Assembly: GCF_038025025.1 (NCBI RefSeq)
Contig: NW_027117348.1
Span: 124,001-188,000, forward strand
From: Phyllosticta citribraziliensis
Lineage: Eukaryota
Direction: 5' to 3'
DNA length: 64,000 nucleotides
Under the pieces are notes generated by a model. That model searched no databases. It worked only from the letters and a program-made list of their open reading frames with translations, and was not told the origin of the DNA. Shown here piece after piece: positions 46,290 to 60,006 of this stretch; positions within the stretch are counted from its first letter, which is position 1; the number at the start of each line of letters is the position of its first letter. The position numbers and the translations under genes are program-made.

Positions 46290-47746
46290 GTGTTGTGTCA
46301 GCCGGAACGAATGTTCGGCTGCGCTGGCGCACAATCCCACCAGACCCAAAATTCATCTCACAGCACCATCACTCCCTCCCTCCTCATCCTCCCTCTCTCC
46401 ATCAACCAAACGGCAAAGCTGTACTCACTCAGCCACGAGAACACCACCATCACCACCATCACCCAACTCCATCTCCTTCTCCCTTCCGGTAACGACGACC
46501 ACGACGAAGATGAAGGCACATTGGGCGGCAGTGGTCTTTCCAGCAGCAACAATGGCGGCAATGGTGCTGGCCCCTTCAATTTTGCTCCTCAGGATATGGG
46601 TCCGGGTGCCCATTCAGTCCTTGATTCCATCGCGGCGTCGCGCTCGCGGTACGGCCATCAATGAGGCTCACCGACCGCTTCCACGGCTCAACGGCATCGG
46701 GCCTGCTTGTGTGCCTACGCTCGCTAAGAGCAGCATCGACGCTCCTGTGGTCCCCAGCACTGGCCAATACAGTGCTTCGACTCGCCTCCCTGGCCGCTCC
46801 CAACAACACCAGCATGTATCCGACGCTCCCCTCTTTCAGTGCCATGTCGGACACTGCCGGTAGCTACCCTGTCACCAGCAACGCGCCCAACCTCACTCTG
46901 GACTCGGAGAACCGCCAACAACGATCTGACAACCAGCCTCACGAGGCTGGTCCCGCTCGCGACTCGGGGGCGATGGACATTTCGGACAATGACTCGACCC
47001 CCAACGCCTCCCGACGAAACTCTGTCGATCGCGATGGTCTCCGCATGGATGTACGCAAGCTCGCGCCTCGCCGCCGGTGGGCCTGGCAGTCAATTTGAGG
47101 TAAGTTTGCCTTGATACGTGACCGCGCGCAGTCTTGCTTACCCTGGCTATCAGATTTCTGTCCATTGCCTAGGGCAAAGTCTCATCATGAAGAGGATTAC
47201 GCGACTGTCTTCAAAATCCAAGCGCACCAGCCCAGAGCTGCCCCCGGGAAAGAAACGCAAGATCTTGGTGTTTGCTTTCGCTCGGTAAGTCGTGCTGAAG
47301 TCGTGCTGACTCCTCACATCTCATAATCCGGAGCTAATATCATGCGCAGCTCTTTGCTACTTTCAGGCGCTGCTTTCCTGAACACCTTCAACCCTCAAGA
47401 ACATGGCCCCTGCATCACCATGTTTCAGGACGCGCAGGCAGCTCTGGAGGACCTCGCCATGCGTGTCAAAGTGCTTAAGCAAGACAAGGAGATCCTGATC
47501 CGCAAGATAAAGTCTCTCGTGGAAGACGTGTCATGCCTGAGTGGGAACGCCGCGTTCTCAGCCAAGCAGACTTTCCAGCATCATATTCACCAAATTGTTA
47601 TGGCGGGGGGTGTACTTGGAAGTAGCAGCAGCAGCGTCACCACTTGGAGAGCCTATACCTTCGGCAGCACTACTACTAGTAACCCTTTTGTCCCTCCTTC
47701 TTCGACGGCAGAGCAAAATGAGCCAGATGGGGTTGGAACTATGTAG
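46290..47746 (+). CDS. Probable multi-exon hypothetical gene (model uncertain)
   Basis: Coding-like stretches (GNDDHDEDEG.., MYPTLPSFSAMSD.., AQAALEDLAMRVKVLKQDKEIL) separated by GTAAGT donors at 47100 and 47285. Confidence 0.35.
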
Positions 47747-48345
47747 ACTTACTTGGTGCCAAACAAATATTTTACGATTTGCTTTTTTCATTCGTCTCAT
47801 ATGACTTGATCTCCCCGTCCTTATCGAAATATTTCGTTTCGCTTTTGTTTGCAATGACGCCTCCGTCACGTCCGCAAGATCATCCAAGACTTTAGCTTCG
47901 TGGTGAATTATCCTACAATGGCTTAGCCATTCTGAAGATCACGATGTATATTTGTGAATGATGGCAAAGGTAATACCACTCTTGATCTCGTTTCTGGAAA
48001 AGGATACCTGCATATCATGATCTGTTGGCGCCATGTTCGCACGTTTATGCCCCTGGCTTTGAACTGCTTGCAGCCGTTATTTTTCAAGGTGATAGAGTTA
48101 GCAATATTTCGCAGCGCGCAAACCTGATATTTGGTGAAGGTACAAAAATGAACAGAATTAACACTGGCACCTAGCACCATTGGGCGGGTTGTTGAGCTGC
48201 ATTTCAGTTCAGTCTAGAGTACCGCCCACGATGGCCCGTGCCCAACCACCACCACTGCAGGTTGTCTGGTCCCATTTCGTCATTCTGCACCACCAAAACA
48301 CAAGCATCCCTTCATCCTTCCAAATTCTCGAATTTACCCTTCAAA

Positions 48346-49578
48346 ATGCGCCCGAACTTCTACGACGACCTGTACATCCTACTGGGCGTCACCCGCGAGG
48401 CTTCTGCGGCGGAGATCATCCTCGCAGCCGACCGCGAGACCAGCAAGATCACCAACGCCCGGGACACGTTGCTGCAGCTTCGAGACGAGCAGGAGAGGAG
48501 CGACACCGAGTCCTCTGCCCACAGCCCTGGCATCTTTGACAGCGCTACTGTCACCACCGAACCTTTGACTCCGGGTCTCGCCGAGGGCATGGCTTCTGGT
48601 AAGCAGACCAACAAGCTTCCAAAACTTCAAGACATTGGCTGACTGAAGATAGGCCGGGCTGCGACGGAGTTTGAGAGGTTCCCATCCTTCCAGGATCTCT
48701 ACGAGGCGAGGAGAGGTGCGGTCGCCCAGCCTTTTCTTCTTGCATGCCAGAAGCAACGCTGACCAGCTGTAGTAGATCCCATCACCGAGCCCCTCGCAGC
48801 TTCGTCCGTCGACACGGAACAGGAGAGCAGTTCCAGCGCCGAGAGACCCAAGCAGCCAAGCCGCGGTCGCCTCTGGGGAACTCTGCGCAGGACCGTCAAG
48901 AAGGCCAGGTCGGTAAAGGAACTGGCAAAGACAATTGCGTCCAAGGAGACATCTCGTCTCCGGCATATCCGGGGTTCCCTCATGTCGCTCAACATGCTGT
49001 ACCAGAGCGACAGTACCAGTTACACCTCGAGCGAGTCCAGCCAGGTCTCCCTTCCGCATCCCGCGCCCAAGACCATCACGGCAAAGGGCTCAGCACGCCT
49101 GCGACACCTACGGGGCTCTCTGATGTCCCTCAACATCCTCGCCGCGAACGACAGGAGCGGCCCCGCATCAAAGGGCTACCAGGTCCTGTCATCGAAGAGC
49201 CAGCTGTCGCTCCCCCGTCTGGACTTCAACCACAGCCAGGGCTCTATCGTCCCGACCGGCCGCTCGCCCACCTTCGGCCTGGGCCTCACCATTCCGAGCA
49301 GCGCCTCGCCGACCGTCTGCCCCCCTCCGACTGTCGAGGCCGTGCCTCCCAAGGACTTTTCCACCGTGAGTCGCGACCCGGCAACTCTGAGCTCGTTTCC
49401 TCCCCTGCTCGAGCCGGTGACCTTCAGCGAGCCGCCCAAGATGCAGGAGGCTCCTGTCGACATCTCGTCGCCATCGAGCACCTTTCTGGACAGGCTGCGC
49501 AAGGCTGGCGCGCCCAGGTTTCGGAGGAAGTCGGTCTTTGGTCTCTTCCCGGGCGTGGATGGAAACAAGGGGAAGTAG
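48346..49578 (+). CDS. Hypothetical protein with a truncated J-domain-like N-terminus, 3 exons
   Basis: MRPNFYDDLYILLGVTREASAAEI; introns 48599-48652 and ~48716-48771 keep frame into ORF 48982-49578; repeated RLRH(I/L)RGSLMSLN. Confidence 0.7.
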
Positions 49579-51769
49579 TCGGTGCGGCTTTGGCTGCGTG
49601 TGATGGAGGGACAACAAGGATACGGCAGAGCGGGTATGATGGTGTTGGCTGGATTGATGGCGTACATGCGGGACTTCTTAGTAATAATGCGACGCCCCTG
49701 TAAGTTGCCCGACTGCGTATCATCGTCTTCGAACAATGCTGACAGAGTTCCAGGGACACTTGGAGTAATCCTTTCCTTCTTCTCTTGAGTAGTTGTTAGC
49801 CAATGTATTGGATCAAAGATGGCTCTGTTCATTCTCTCCCGTCTTGCCCGAGTTCACGAATCAAAGATTGTTTACGATGTGTCTCATACTACTAGCGGAC
49901 CGATAGAAATATCCCGATGGAGATTCGATTAATACTGCTATGATTTTGCTGCCTGTCTACGAGTTTGCTTGCTCCACTAGCCTCCAAGGCAAGCATCGTC
50001 CTCGAGGAGATTTCGAGCGTGATACCGGCCTGTAGCATCCCGTCCAGTCGTTGTACAGACTCGAGCTTGCTCTATCAAACTCCAGCTTCAGATCACTGCG
50101 CTGAGCGGCGGAATGAAGATTCATCGGTCTTTGCGTACTTTCCCTGCTTAATCGAACCGACTGTGCTGGTGTGTTTGGCCGGCATAGGAAGTTTCGTGTG
50201 TATCAAAATGAGACTCCTTCGAATCTTGCGCCGCTTACTGGGGACTGCAGGACTACAGGCTGTTGATATTTCGTTGACAAACTGTGTTGAAATGTCTCTG
50301 AGCAGCGTTTGATGGGATTTGATACCTGCTGCGCCTGCTGTTGCGCGTCAGTGAGGTCCTGAGGGAGACGTAGGATGTTCCGTCCAGTAGATACCACGAA
50401 GGCAGATTGCTCTGCGTATAGAGTTGCTCGGTATGGCATAGAGGAGCCTGTAGAGCTGTCAGTGATGGATCTCCAGGCGTACTGCAGCGGAGGATACTGC
50501 CTTGAGAGCTGCATTCCGGGTGCGGAGCCGGTCACAAGGGTATCTCTCGAACTCGACGTGGCCACTGAAGCCCGAAACGTAGTCCACAAGGACTCGGAGC
50601 CTTCCCAAAGCGGTATAACGTCATTGAAGGGTCGAATAACGCCCCCGAGGGTCGGGAGGCCGGCGCCGGTACCGGACCGCCTGTCGTGGTGTTTATATTG
50701 CCGGCACCAGCCCACAAACGAACCCACAAACACCTCAAAATCCTCCTCCAACGTAAGCCACCTCCCCCAACCATCAAACCTTCACCCGCTCACCTCCCCC
50801 TTCTTCCAAGGTTCAAGCATTGGTCCATTCAGTGGTCGTGCTCGACAAGCGGCGTCTCAGCTGTTCGGTGACAGCGGACACTGGCTCTCAAGGTTTGTCT
50901 GATGCCCCCTCCCTTGATGAACCTCACTGACGCATCCAAGGGCACAACGAGCAGGCCGACTGTCAGACCCCTCTCTGGCCAGTCTCGCTGGGACAAACCA
51001 CCTCATCCAAGGTACCAGAAGCGGATCGCCGGCAGCTTTCCCTTCAGCTCTGCCGGCTGTCCTTCCAACCTTGCGAGCCTCTCACCGGCGGCCATGCACC
51101 CATTCCCAGCCATCGATCCGCTTGCTTGTTCCAACAATCGCCAGCTCCCCTTCAGTCGTGTCCCTGCCAACTGCAACTCTCCGACTGGCGTTCCTGCTCG
51201 AAAGTTCAGCCATTCTTGATCGTTTCCAGCTCACCTTCGACTGCGGCCCTCGCAACATCAACGACCCGCCTTTTCACCTCCGAGAAAATCCAGCCATTTC
51301 TGACTGCCCCTCCTTCGAGCAGTGCCACGCGGCTGCCACGGCCGACCACAACTCCCCGACCAAGCTTGCCTCGAACCCGCCCCTCCGAGTTCGCCAAATG
51401 AGCCTCGAAAAACTGCTACCCGTCCATCCAGTCCCGTCAATGGCCCGCTGGCTCGCTACACCGGCGGACATCTCCCGTTCGGTCGTGCCCCGCCCACCAG
51501 CGGCTCTGCGTCTGGCGGTCCGGCCCCCAAGTCAAGCTACTTTTAACTTGACTTGACCAGGGGGCCTGGTCAAATGAGCCTCGAAAAACTGCTACCCGCT
51601 TGCGGGCTCCCTCTCCCAGTTGGTCGGCCGAGTGTTGATTGCGTTGTCGCCCTTGGGCAACGCGACCTTCTGTTGCGCGTTCAAGTTCAGCGAGCAGACT
51701 GGTCTGCCATTCTTTGGAGAGATTGGCAAGGAGCTGCCTTTCCCGGCGGCCAACAATGACGCCAAGCTC

Positions 51770-52610
51770 CAGCGTTCACGCCAGAACGCAGAGACGCAGG
51801 GTAAGCATCTTCAACTCACCTTCAACTCGCCTTTGACTTTGCTGACCCAGTCCAGGCTGACCATGAGGCCAAGCTTCAGCGTCCGCGGCAGAATGCCGAG
51901 ACGCAGGGTAAGCTTCTCCATCCCCTTCCCTTCACCTCGTTTTGACTTTGCTGACCCGCTTCAGGCCTCCGGTCGGCCCACGCGAGGGAGGATCAACGGC
52001 GTGCTCGCCAGGGGATGGGCGACTGTGGCAGAGTCAAAGCCACGGTACGCTCCATCCCTTCTCGCAACACCATGCTGCAAAGTTCTTGCTAGAACGCTGA
52101 GGGTCAGGGTAAGCATCCACTCCCAAGTTCCTCTTTGCCCTTGCTGACCTGTTTCAGACCTCTGGCCTGCTCATGCGAGGGAGGACCAGCGTCGTGCTCA
52201 CCACACGACGTACGGCCGTGGCAACCCCAATGCCACGGTGCGTTCGGTCCCTTCCCGCAGCGGCACGACTGCAAAGTTCTTGCTAGAACGCTGAGACGCT
52301 GGGTAAGCATCTTGCCTCCACTTCCTCCCCGACCTTGCTGACCTGTTCCAGGCCTATGGCCTGCTCACGCGAGGGAGGACCAGCGTCGTGCTCGCCACAC
52401 GACGTACGACCGTGGCAACCCCAATGCCACGGTGCGTTCGGTCCCTTCCCGCAGCGGCACGGCTCTCTCCTTCAGCGTCCACGAGCGACCTGGCTCTGCT
52501 GCAATCCCCAGCGTTGGTGGGTGGGAACATTGGGTTTGGAAGGGTCTGTTCTTGTTTGTTCTCTTTTTCTCGAGCTGGTGCCCGCTCTCGACTGGACAGA
52601 TAAGATGATG
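51770..52610 (+). repeat. Tandemly duplicated exon/intron modules in a probable multi-exon repeat-protein gene
   Basis: Four GG|GTAAGC..GCTGACC..CAG introns (51801, 51908, 52109, 52303); near-identical ~190-bp blocks at ~52075-52270 and ~52268-52460. Confidence 0.65.
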
Positions 52611-53771
52611 GATAACACTTTTGGCGGATGGACGGATTGCTACGGCCTCAAAACCCCTAGGGAGAACATCAGAAGAGGGTTGGGTTTGATTTGGCAGTTT
52701 GGATTCAATGAAAATAGCCGCAGTGGACATCATGCATTTGCCTTTGCTCGTGATTCGCACTGCTGAGCCTGGAGGTGTCTGTACAGCGACTCTTTGCTCA
52801 TCGGCCATGATGACCGAGGCCTTTCGTGAGCCTTTCTTGATTCATTGTTCCCACCACGGATGGCGAAAGCCTCTTTGTTGTCGAGCCACCCTCAGCAACC
52901 GCCGCCCAGACTTGGTCTGCCTGTCGCGCGGCAAGCTTGCGTTTACCTGTCGCACAGATTGGAGGAGACGCAACGAGAGAGGGCCTCCGATGTGAGCGTT
53001 GGAGGAGGGGATGACGGAGGAATCCGATGCTGCATCTGGCCTTGCAACTATGCAATGGGACACCCTTTCCTTTCCCCACGTTCCTTGCTGTGTCGTACTG
53101 TCCGTACACAATGTGACACGCTCCTCGGTGTGTTCGAATACTATGGTCTGCCTGTCCTGCCCATCCCCTCGCGCGCTTGTAGCTGGGTACCGAATTTCGC
53201 GACATGCGACGCGCAAACTCGGCCCATCTCTGCACTTGTGCCGTAGCTGAATTGACTGCATTGATGTCTCTCTGGTGCTGGAGTGCCTTGCTGCCTTTGT
53301 TCCCTCCGTCGCCGCATCGCTGCAGCCCCTCCCAGTGTGTGTTTCCCCTGTTTGTATGGTCACTTCGTCGCCGTTAAGGAAAGATCGCGTGCATCGGTCT
53401 TGGAGAGGGTCTGGGATCTCGGAAGAGCTGCAAAGGCGTGGCCACAGTGGTGGAGCGAGGCTTCCGAGCCGGAGGAGGTGCTGAGGGAATCTGGGGCCCG
53501 CAAATGCTGTTGATGCAGAGGGGAGGAAATGAACAATGAGATGTCGGTAGTGCATTGGGCCTTGTCGATGTAGACGTCCTGTGCACGCGTCGAGGGCCTC
53601 TTGGATGGGGGTGCAGGTGGTGAGGTCGCTCGGGGTCACGGGGTCCGCCAATGGCCTCAAAACCGGATCTCAGACCAGACCCTCACCATCTCCTCAACAC
53701 CAGCCTCATCGCGCTCCTCCAGCGCCTCCACATCGGCATTTTGTCCCTCATTCGCTCAATCCATCCTCAAG

Positions 53772-54565
53772 ATGAGTGGCAATCCGCTCCTCTACTCATT
53801 CCTTGCCCTTCTGGCCCTCTTGGTCTTCGCCTTCATCCTCATGGCCATCATGGACCGCGCGGCGGCCAGGTTTCTCTGCTGCGGATGCATCTGGGACTTG
53901 TGCCTTGATTTCGCCGCCAACGAGCCTGACCCCGACATCTACCCTCGCATGGCCCGATTTGACTGGCCGCGTCGTCCCGCCCCTACCACTGCCCAGCTCC
54001 CCACGTTCTTCCGCTTGTCAAGTCGCGGCGAGAGGCGCAGGATGATCAGGATCCCACTGTCCGACACTACGCCGCCAAGGCTTTCGTCCCCCATCGAGGT
54101 CCCCGACTGGCCCCCGCCATGCTTCCCTCAGCCGCCTGCCTACCGCATGGAGAGTGACAGCGTGGTCAACCTCCCCATCTACACCAAGGACCCGGGCCCG
54201 TGAGTCTCCGACCGCTGCGGGCAGTTCGCTGGCTGACTTGCTGCTCTAGGAATGAGACCCACCTTGACGAGTTGAACCCTGTCACTCCTGGCAACAGGTT
54301 CGACTCTGACAGGCCTGAAACACCTGATATCATGAGGTTTGCCATGATCGAGGAGTTTTCCGTTGCTGGCAGCAACCCTTCGAGCAGGGCTGCTTCTCCT
54401 AGCCCCGCGGGCGAGTCGACCAGGGTTTCCACTGCCACCCAGACGGACGATTCAAGCAGGTCTCCTTCTCCTAGCCGCACGGCCGAGTCGAACAGGGCTC
54501 CTACTCCTGGCAACATCGTCGAGTCCAACAGGACTGTCGCTTCTGCCCACACGGTCGAGTCCTAG
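53772..54565 (+). CDS. Hypothetical N-terminal TM, Pro/Ser-rich protein, 2 exons
   Basis: MSGNPLLYSFLALLALLVFAFILMAIM..; intron GTGAGT 54200..GCTGAC..CTAG 54249 joins to NETHLDELNPVTPG.. Confidence 0.7.
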
Positions 54566-56409
54566 CCACGCGGACCTCGGACACTGGCAGCGTAAGTCAA
54601 GCCCCCATTGCACGCGTAGAAGAATATTGCTGACATCCAAAACCAGACGCCAACATTACTCCAACACGGAAGCCCCACGGACACATCAGGACATCATTGC
54701 TTACACAACCTGGTCCACGAGACGGCAGACGCATTCCTTGCACCATTACCAACTGATAAGAACGAAACTTGCTTTTTCCCGAGCTCTTCGAGTTCGCGAC
54801 ATCCATTCCAAGCCACGAAGTGTGGGCATTTGCTTTGAAAAGTCTCGGATTTGCTGAATCGAGTCGACGACGGAGGAGGATTTACACGACGGGGACCTGG
54901 AGGAGCTTGCTCAGCTAGAGGAGAGATACGGAGAAGAGAGATGGACATGATGAAGAGGGGAGGTACAAGGGGTTCAAAGAGGGAAGAGAAACTGGCTCAT
55001 CGCTCTCACTGCAGTCGCGCCACTCGGTAGCCTCTGTAGCCAAAATAGAGGTATCGGAAGGGATCAATCGCCGTTGTGGACAGCCAAGTGACGACGTAAC
55101 GTTGTATCTCGAGTCGTGGTTGCACTTGGGAGCGCTTCTCGTTGACAGCGCAGGCGACGCAGCAAAGTTCTTTGCTTCCTGGCCCCGGGTTCCATGGAAG
55201 GGTCGCCACTTCAAGGTTATGTCTCCCTTCCCACGCTCCCACCTTTTACAAGTTTGGCATGTTGGTCTAACCATATCCCAGGTCTATTCGGATTCCTGCT
55301 CGTACTCGCTTCAGATATCGCCGTTCGCGTGATGCTTGCCTCTCCAGGGATGCGCTCCTCTTACTCGGACACCCTTCCTCGGAATCGAAACACAAGCCGG
55401 GTATCAGAAAGAGTCAAAAGGGAAGCCGCGATAACACGCTTTTAGAGAGCAGATGTTGAGTACTCCTTTCCATTATGCATGATTTGGCCAAGTCTGCTGA
55501 CAGCACAACAGACGCAACGAGTCGTTGTTTCTGGTTTCTAGTGTGTCAGTATACTTCTGCTGCCTCCCAATCTGGGTCGAGTCCCGAGCCATACTCTCAA
55601 TGTCTACTTGCGCACCTTGGTGTCTTCGGAGTTTTGCGATGGTCCAACGAGAGTGCCCGACGCCTAGCCTCCGCCCTTAGCAAGTGTCGTCTTCGTCACG
55701 CTGATGAATCATCATTACGCTTGGAGCTCGGCTTGGCCATCGCCGTGCGCGCCCGACGAGGTCAACCAAAAGAGTGTGTGCACTGCGAGCCCCGGAAATT
55801 CGGAGACGCATGCCACAAGTGTACTTACTCAACATACAGGACGAAGAGGCTACTTGGAGTATTTAGAAGCGAGAAATATCCAAAGTGGCCACCCCGCAAA
55901 GCCAAGCTCGGGCTTCACCCGATGCATCCCTACGGCCCGCATCTTGGCACCAAAGCCAAGTGTCTTGGGTTTCCCTGCGGAATCGTTATTGCGGAAGAAA
56001 GGCTTGCTCGGATGAGACATTGAATCGCATCATCATTCCCCAATTCTTGCCTATACAAGTTACCGCAGCTCATTCTTCCTACTTTAATCCACGTAACGTG
56101 TCCAACTTCTCCATCAAGCATGCTTTCGTCGGAAGCTTATACATTGACAGCTGTAGGAGCTTTTCCCCGGGATCATCAGTACCCAGGCGCTTCGCCTCAC
56201 GGAGAGTCCATTGGACGACTTCTTACCATGGCTGCGATTTCATCAGCCACTTCTCTGGGCTCACGAGTCTCACGTCTTTGACCTAATAAAAAGCCCTCGT
56301 GGGCCATGTCCACCACCGTCTACGATCACCTCCAGTTTCTTCGTTTCACACGCGGCTCGACTCGCTCATTCAGCGCTTGTAACCTCTGGAATTCCAACGA
56401 GACACAAAG

Positions 56410-58482
56410 ATGACGCATCGACTTACCTTGGGGAGCGTCCTTGCAGCGCTGCTCGCCTGCGCCTTCGCGGCACCACTCAAAGGGCTCGACCGCCAAACCG
56501 TCCAGGACGAGTACGACTTCATCATCGCTGGAGGTACGTGACACCATCCCCAAATCCGCTTTTCCATCCCTGCCAGGAAACAAAAGCAAGTCAAGCCCGA
56601 GAAGCCACATTTAAGCATACATCGAACCCAGGAAACAACGTGTCAGGCAGCTAATAGCGACCAGGCGGAACCGCCGGCCTCGTACTTGCCAATCGCCTAA
56701 CCGAATCTGGCAAGAATCGGGTACTTGTGCTCGAAGCGGGACCCAGTCCTGAAGTCGTCTTGGCGTACAAGCCACCGGGCGGAAATCAATTCCTTGGCGG
56801 CTCCGCCATCGACTGGGGCTTCGCCACGACACCTCAAGAGTTTTTGGACAACCGCATCCTCCGCTACTACCGCGGAAACTGTCTGGGCGGCAGCAGCGCC
56901 ATCAACGGGTTCTACTATGGCCGCGGCACCTCTACGGTCTACGACGATTGGGTCACGCGCGGGAACCCTGGCTGGGGCTGGGACGACGTTTACCCTCTTT
57001 TCGTCAAGGGGACTACATTCAACCCCCCTTCCGACCACGCCGCCAAAGGATTCGACACTAGCTACAAGACATGGGATCCCTCCGCTTATTCCGATGGACC
57101 CCTGCAGATCGGCTTCCAAGGCTACGTCCCCCCTTCTGGCGTGGGATTCATCGAAGCCTCTGCCGAGGCCCTAAGGATTCCAATCGTTGAGGACTACAAC
57201 ACCGGCAACAGTACTGGCGTCAAGCAGGGAACAGCGCAACTGGATGGCAAGTTTGAACGCAGCTCTAGCTACGACGGATATCTGAAGGAAGCCCTCGGCC
57301 GGCCCAATCTGGACGTTTTGCACGATGCGCCCGTCTGGAAGATTAACTTTGACACCACGGGGGACAGGCCTAGGGCTACGGGAGTTGCGTTCATGGACCA
57401 TCCGACGGGTATTGTCCATGATGTTTACGCGAAGAAAGAGGTCATCGTGAGCGCTGGGGCGTTCAATTCGCCTCAACTACTCATGGTGTCCGTAAGTCTA
57501 TCATCGCGACGACGGATGAGAATTGTGCTGACTCAACACAGGGCGTCGGTCCCAAAGACCAGCTCGAAAAGTACGGCATTGACATTGTTCACATCAACGA
57601 GAATATCGGCCAACACCTGAATGACCACTCCGTCTTCTCAATCATGGCCCTGTCGACTCCTGAATTCTCCACTTCCGACATGGCAGCGACCTACTCTGAT
57701 CTCCGCGCCGCACAGCTCGAGTTTTACTCCAACTTGACCGGCCAGTACACGGCGCCTTCGGGGATCACCAACGCCTTCCAGCGTCTTTCTGCCGAGGAGC
57801 TCAGGGAAATCGGTGCCGAGGCCATCCTCGATGCCGGCCTGGAGAATCAGTCGCATATCGAGTATCTGTATGAGAGTGTGTTCTATCCCAATGGTCCGAC
57901 GCCGTATTATACGCCCAAGGGCAACGAGACGTACATCAGCTTGACAGCGTCGAGCATGGTCGCCTTGTCCAGGGGCAACGTGACGCTGCGATCCAACTCC
58001 ATGGCCGAGTTCCCCGCCATAAACCCCAACGCAAGTCCCCCTACAAGAATCTCACTCCGACGACCACATCTAACAGACCGCAGTACTACGCCGACCCCAC
58101 GGACGCCAAAATCGCCATCGCGTCCTTCAAATACCTCCGCAAGATCCTCGCGCACCCACGCATGTCACAATACACGGTCGGGCCAAACAACGGCGAAGTG
58201 TCGCCCGGTCCCGCCGTCGCCGACGACGACGACGACGCCATCATGGCGTACGTGCGGCAGAACACGGTGCCCAACTGGCACGCGTCGGGGACGAACCAGA
58301 TGCTGCCGGAGGCGGCCGGCGGCGTCGTCGACCCGTCGCTCAAGGTGTACGGCGTCGACGGGCTGCGCGTGTGCGATTGCAGTATCATTCCTGTTTTGCC
58401 TGATGTCAATATTGTAGCGACGGTATTTATGATTGGGGAGAAGGGGGCGCTGTTGATTAGGAGGGATTGGGGTGATTTGTGA
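56410..58482 (+). CDS. Secreted GMC oxidoreductase (CAZy AA3-like)
   Basis: Signal peptide MTHRLTLGSVLAALLACAFAAP; EYDFIIAGGGTAGLVLANRL (FAD-binding); GNCLGGSSAING; KEVIVSAGAFNSPQLLMVSG; WHASGT; LKVYGVDGLRVCDCS; NIVATVFMIGEKGA; introns ~56534-56665, 57492-57541 and GC-AG 58031-58083. Confidence 0.95.
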
Positions 58483-58949
58483 GGGTGTGGTAATAGGGGG
58501 CGTTTGGCACACGGGTTGGAATGCCAAGTTTCTCATGACCAGCGATATTCATCTTCGACATCAATGCCGTGGACTACGACACTGAAGACTCGCCCTTCTC
58601 TACTTCGCCCAGCCCATCATCAAAACTACCCCTGATGCTGAGGGTCAGATCCAGGGTTGTCCCATTGCCTTCTGTCAGGTGGCTTTCCCCTTCTGTCGAA
58701 CAATGCCAAAGTTTCTCGACAAACGTCGCCCGCGCGCGCACCTTCCACTGCAGTCCTGCAGCTGCAGGTGTCTTGCTTGCTTGTTTGCTTGCTTCGAGGT
58801 CTGAGACAGTACCGTCTTCATGACTGTTCTCTTGCTTCCTTTGTTAGTTCGACACTTATTATCGCCGTCTTGCGCACCTTCCGCGATGGACTCAATCATC
58901 CTGTTTTCGCACAGTCTTTGATCATCATCATGTCTACTGTCTTGTCAAG

Positions 58950-59132
58950 CTAGCAGTAGCATACTGCCAAAACAATGTGCTCGTCTCCAGTATACAAAAT
59001 TGCTCTCCTAAAGCTGCAATGTTCGTGAACAACGAAGCCGGCTAGCAGGAGAATGCTCCCAAAACAATGTGCTCGTCTCCAGTGGCCAGAATCGCTTTCC
59101 TGAGACCGTGATGTCCGTATACAACGAAAACC
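58950..59132. repeat. Two-copy ~92-bp direct repeat
   Basis: CTAGCAG..CCAAAACAATGTGCTCGTCTCCAGT..ACAACGAA present twice. Confidence 0.8.
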
Positions 59133-59253
59133 TCAATCATATATAAACTCGACGCTTCCCATATATTTTGGTGCCAACACTCTCTCAGAAACCAAACCCC
59201 GAAATTCGATACAGGTAATCGAACTTTCCCTACATACCAAAACCCTCACCAAA

Positions 59254-60006
59254 ATGTCTTCTTCTGACGATTCTAGCACTACGCAGCAGCGCGAGAACGG
59301 CCAATTGATCAACGTCGCGCGTGGCCGGGCTCCGAATTTTATCGATGCCCTTCTTCCCGAAGGCGTAGAGCCTCCGGCGGCCAACACCCAGGCCCCGTCC
59401 GCCCGCGCCAGCGTCGCCAGCGATGCCAGCGACATGAGCTCCAACTCGGATGCCGACCTGCCAGCCCAGATCGCCTGGGCCAACGGCAACTTCATGGACG
59501 TCATGGGTGAGACCATCGACGCGCTGCCTCTGGCCATCACAGCCGGACCCCATGGCAACAGCGCGCTGCTAGCCCTCATCAACATCATCGCCGCTCGCCG
59601 CGTCCTCCCCGACGCGCCGGGAGGCGACGATGCCATCAGCCGCTTCTTTACCTCGATCCTGGGGTACATTTCGCCCCGGTTCCACAACCAGGCCGTCGGC
59701 AGGGGCGTCCCTGACCGTGTGGTGAACGTCTACGCGCTGGCCAACCGCGTCTTCAACGAGGCGCACGAGCAGGTCACGGCGCGCAACCGGTCCCTGGATG
59801 ACGGAAACCCATTCCAGTCGCAGGATGGCCTGCGCCTGCTGCGTATTGACCTGCTGGCTCACGCCCATAGCCATATCCGGCGGGCGGCGCGCACTGCGCA
59901 GACCCCGAATGACCACGCGTTTTGGCTGAATGTTCAGGGGTACGTCTTGCTCCTGACGAACGAATTGGACGACGATGAGGCCCGGCGCTTCTTTGCTGTT
60001 GTCTAG
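59254..60006 (+). CDS. Hypothetical protein (250 aa)
   Basis: ATG in good context (CAAAATG), GC3-rich uninterrupted ORF. Confidence 0.8.
   Translation: MSSSDDSSTTQQRENGQLINVARGRAPNFIDALLPEGVEPPAANTQAPSARASVASDASDMSSNSDADLPAQIAWANGNFMDVMGETIDALPLAITAGPHGNSALLALINIIAARRVLPDAPGGDDAISRFFTSILGYISPRFHNQAVGRGVPDRVVNVYALANRVFNEAHEQVTARNRSLDDGNPFQSQDGLRLLRIDLLAHAHSHIRRAARTAQTPNDHAFWLNVQGYVLLLTNELDDDEARRFFAVV

Noticed and set aside
48744..49703. 319-aa plus-strand ORF
   Set aside because: Alternative frame overlapping the better-supported spliced gene 48346-49578.
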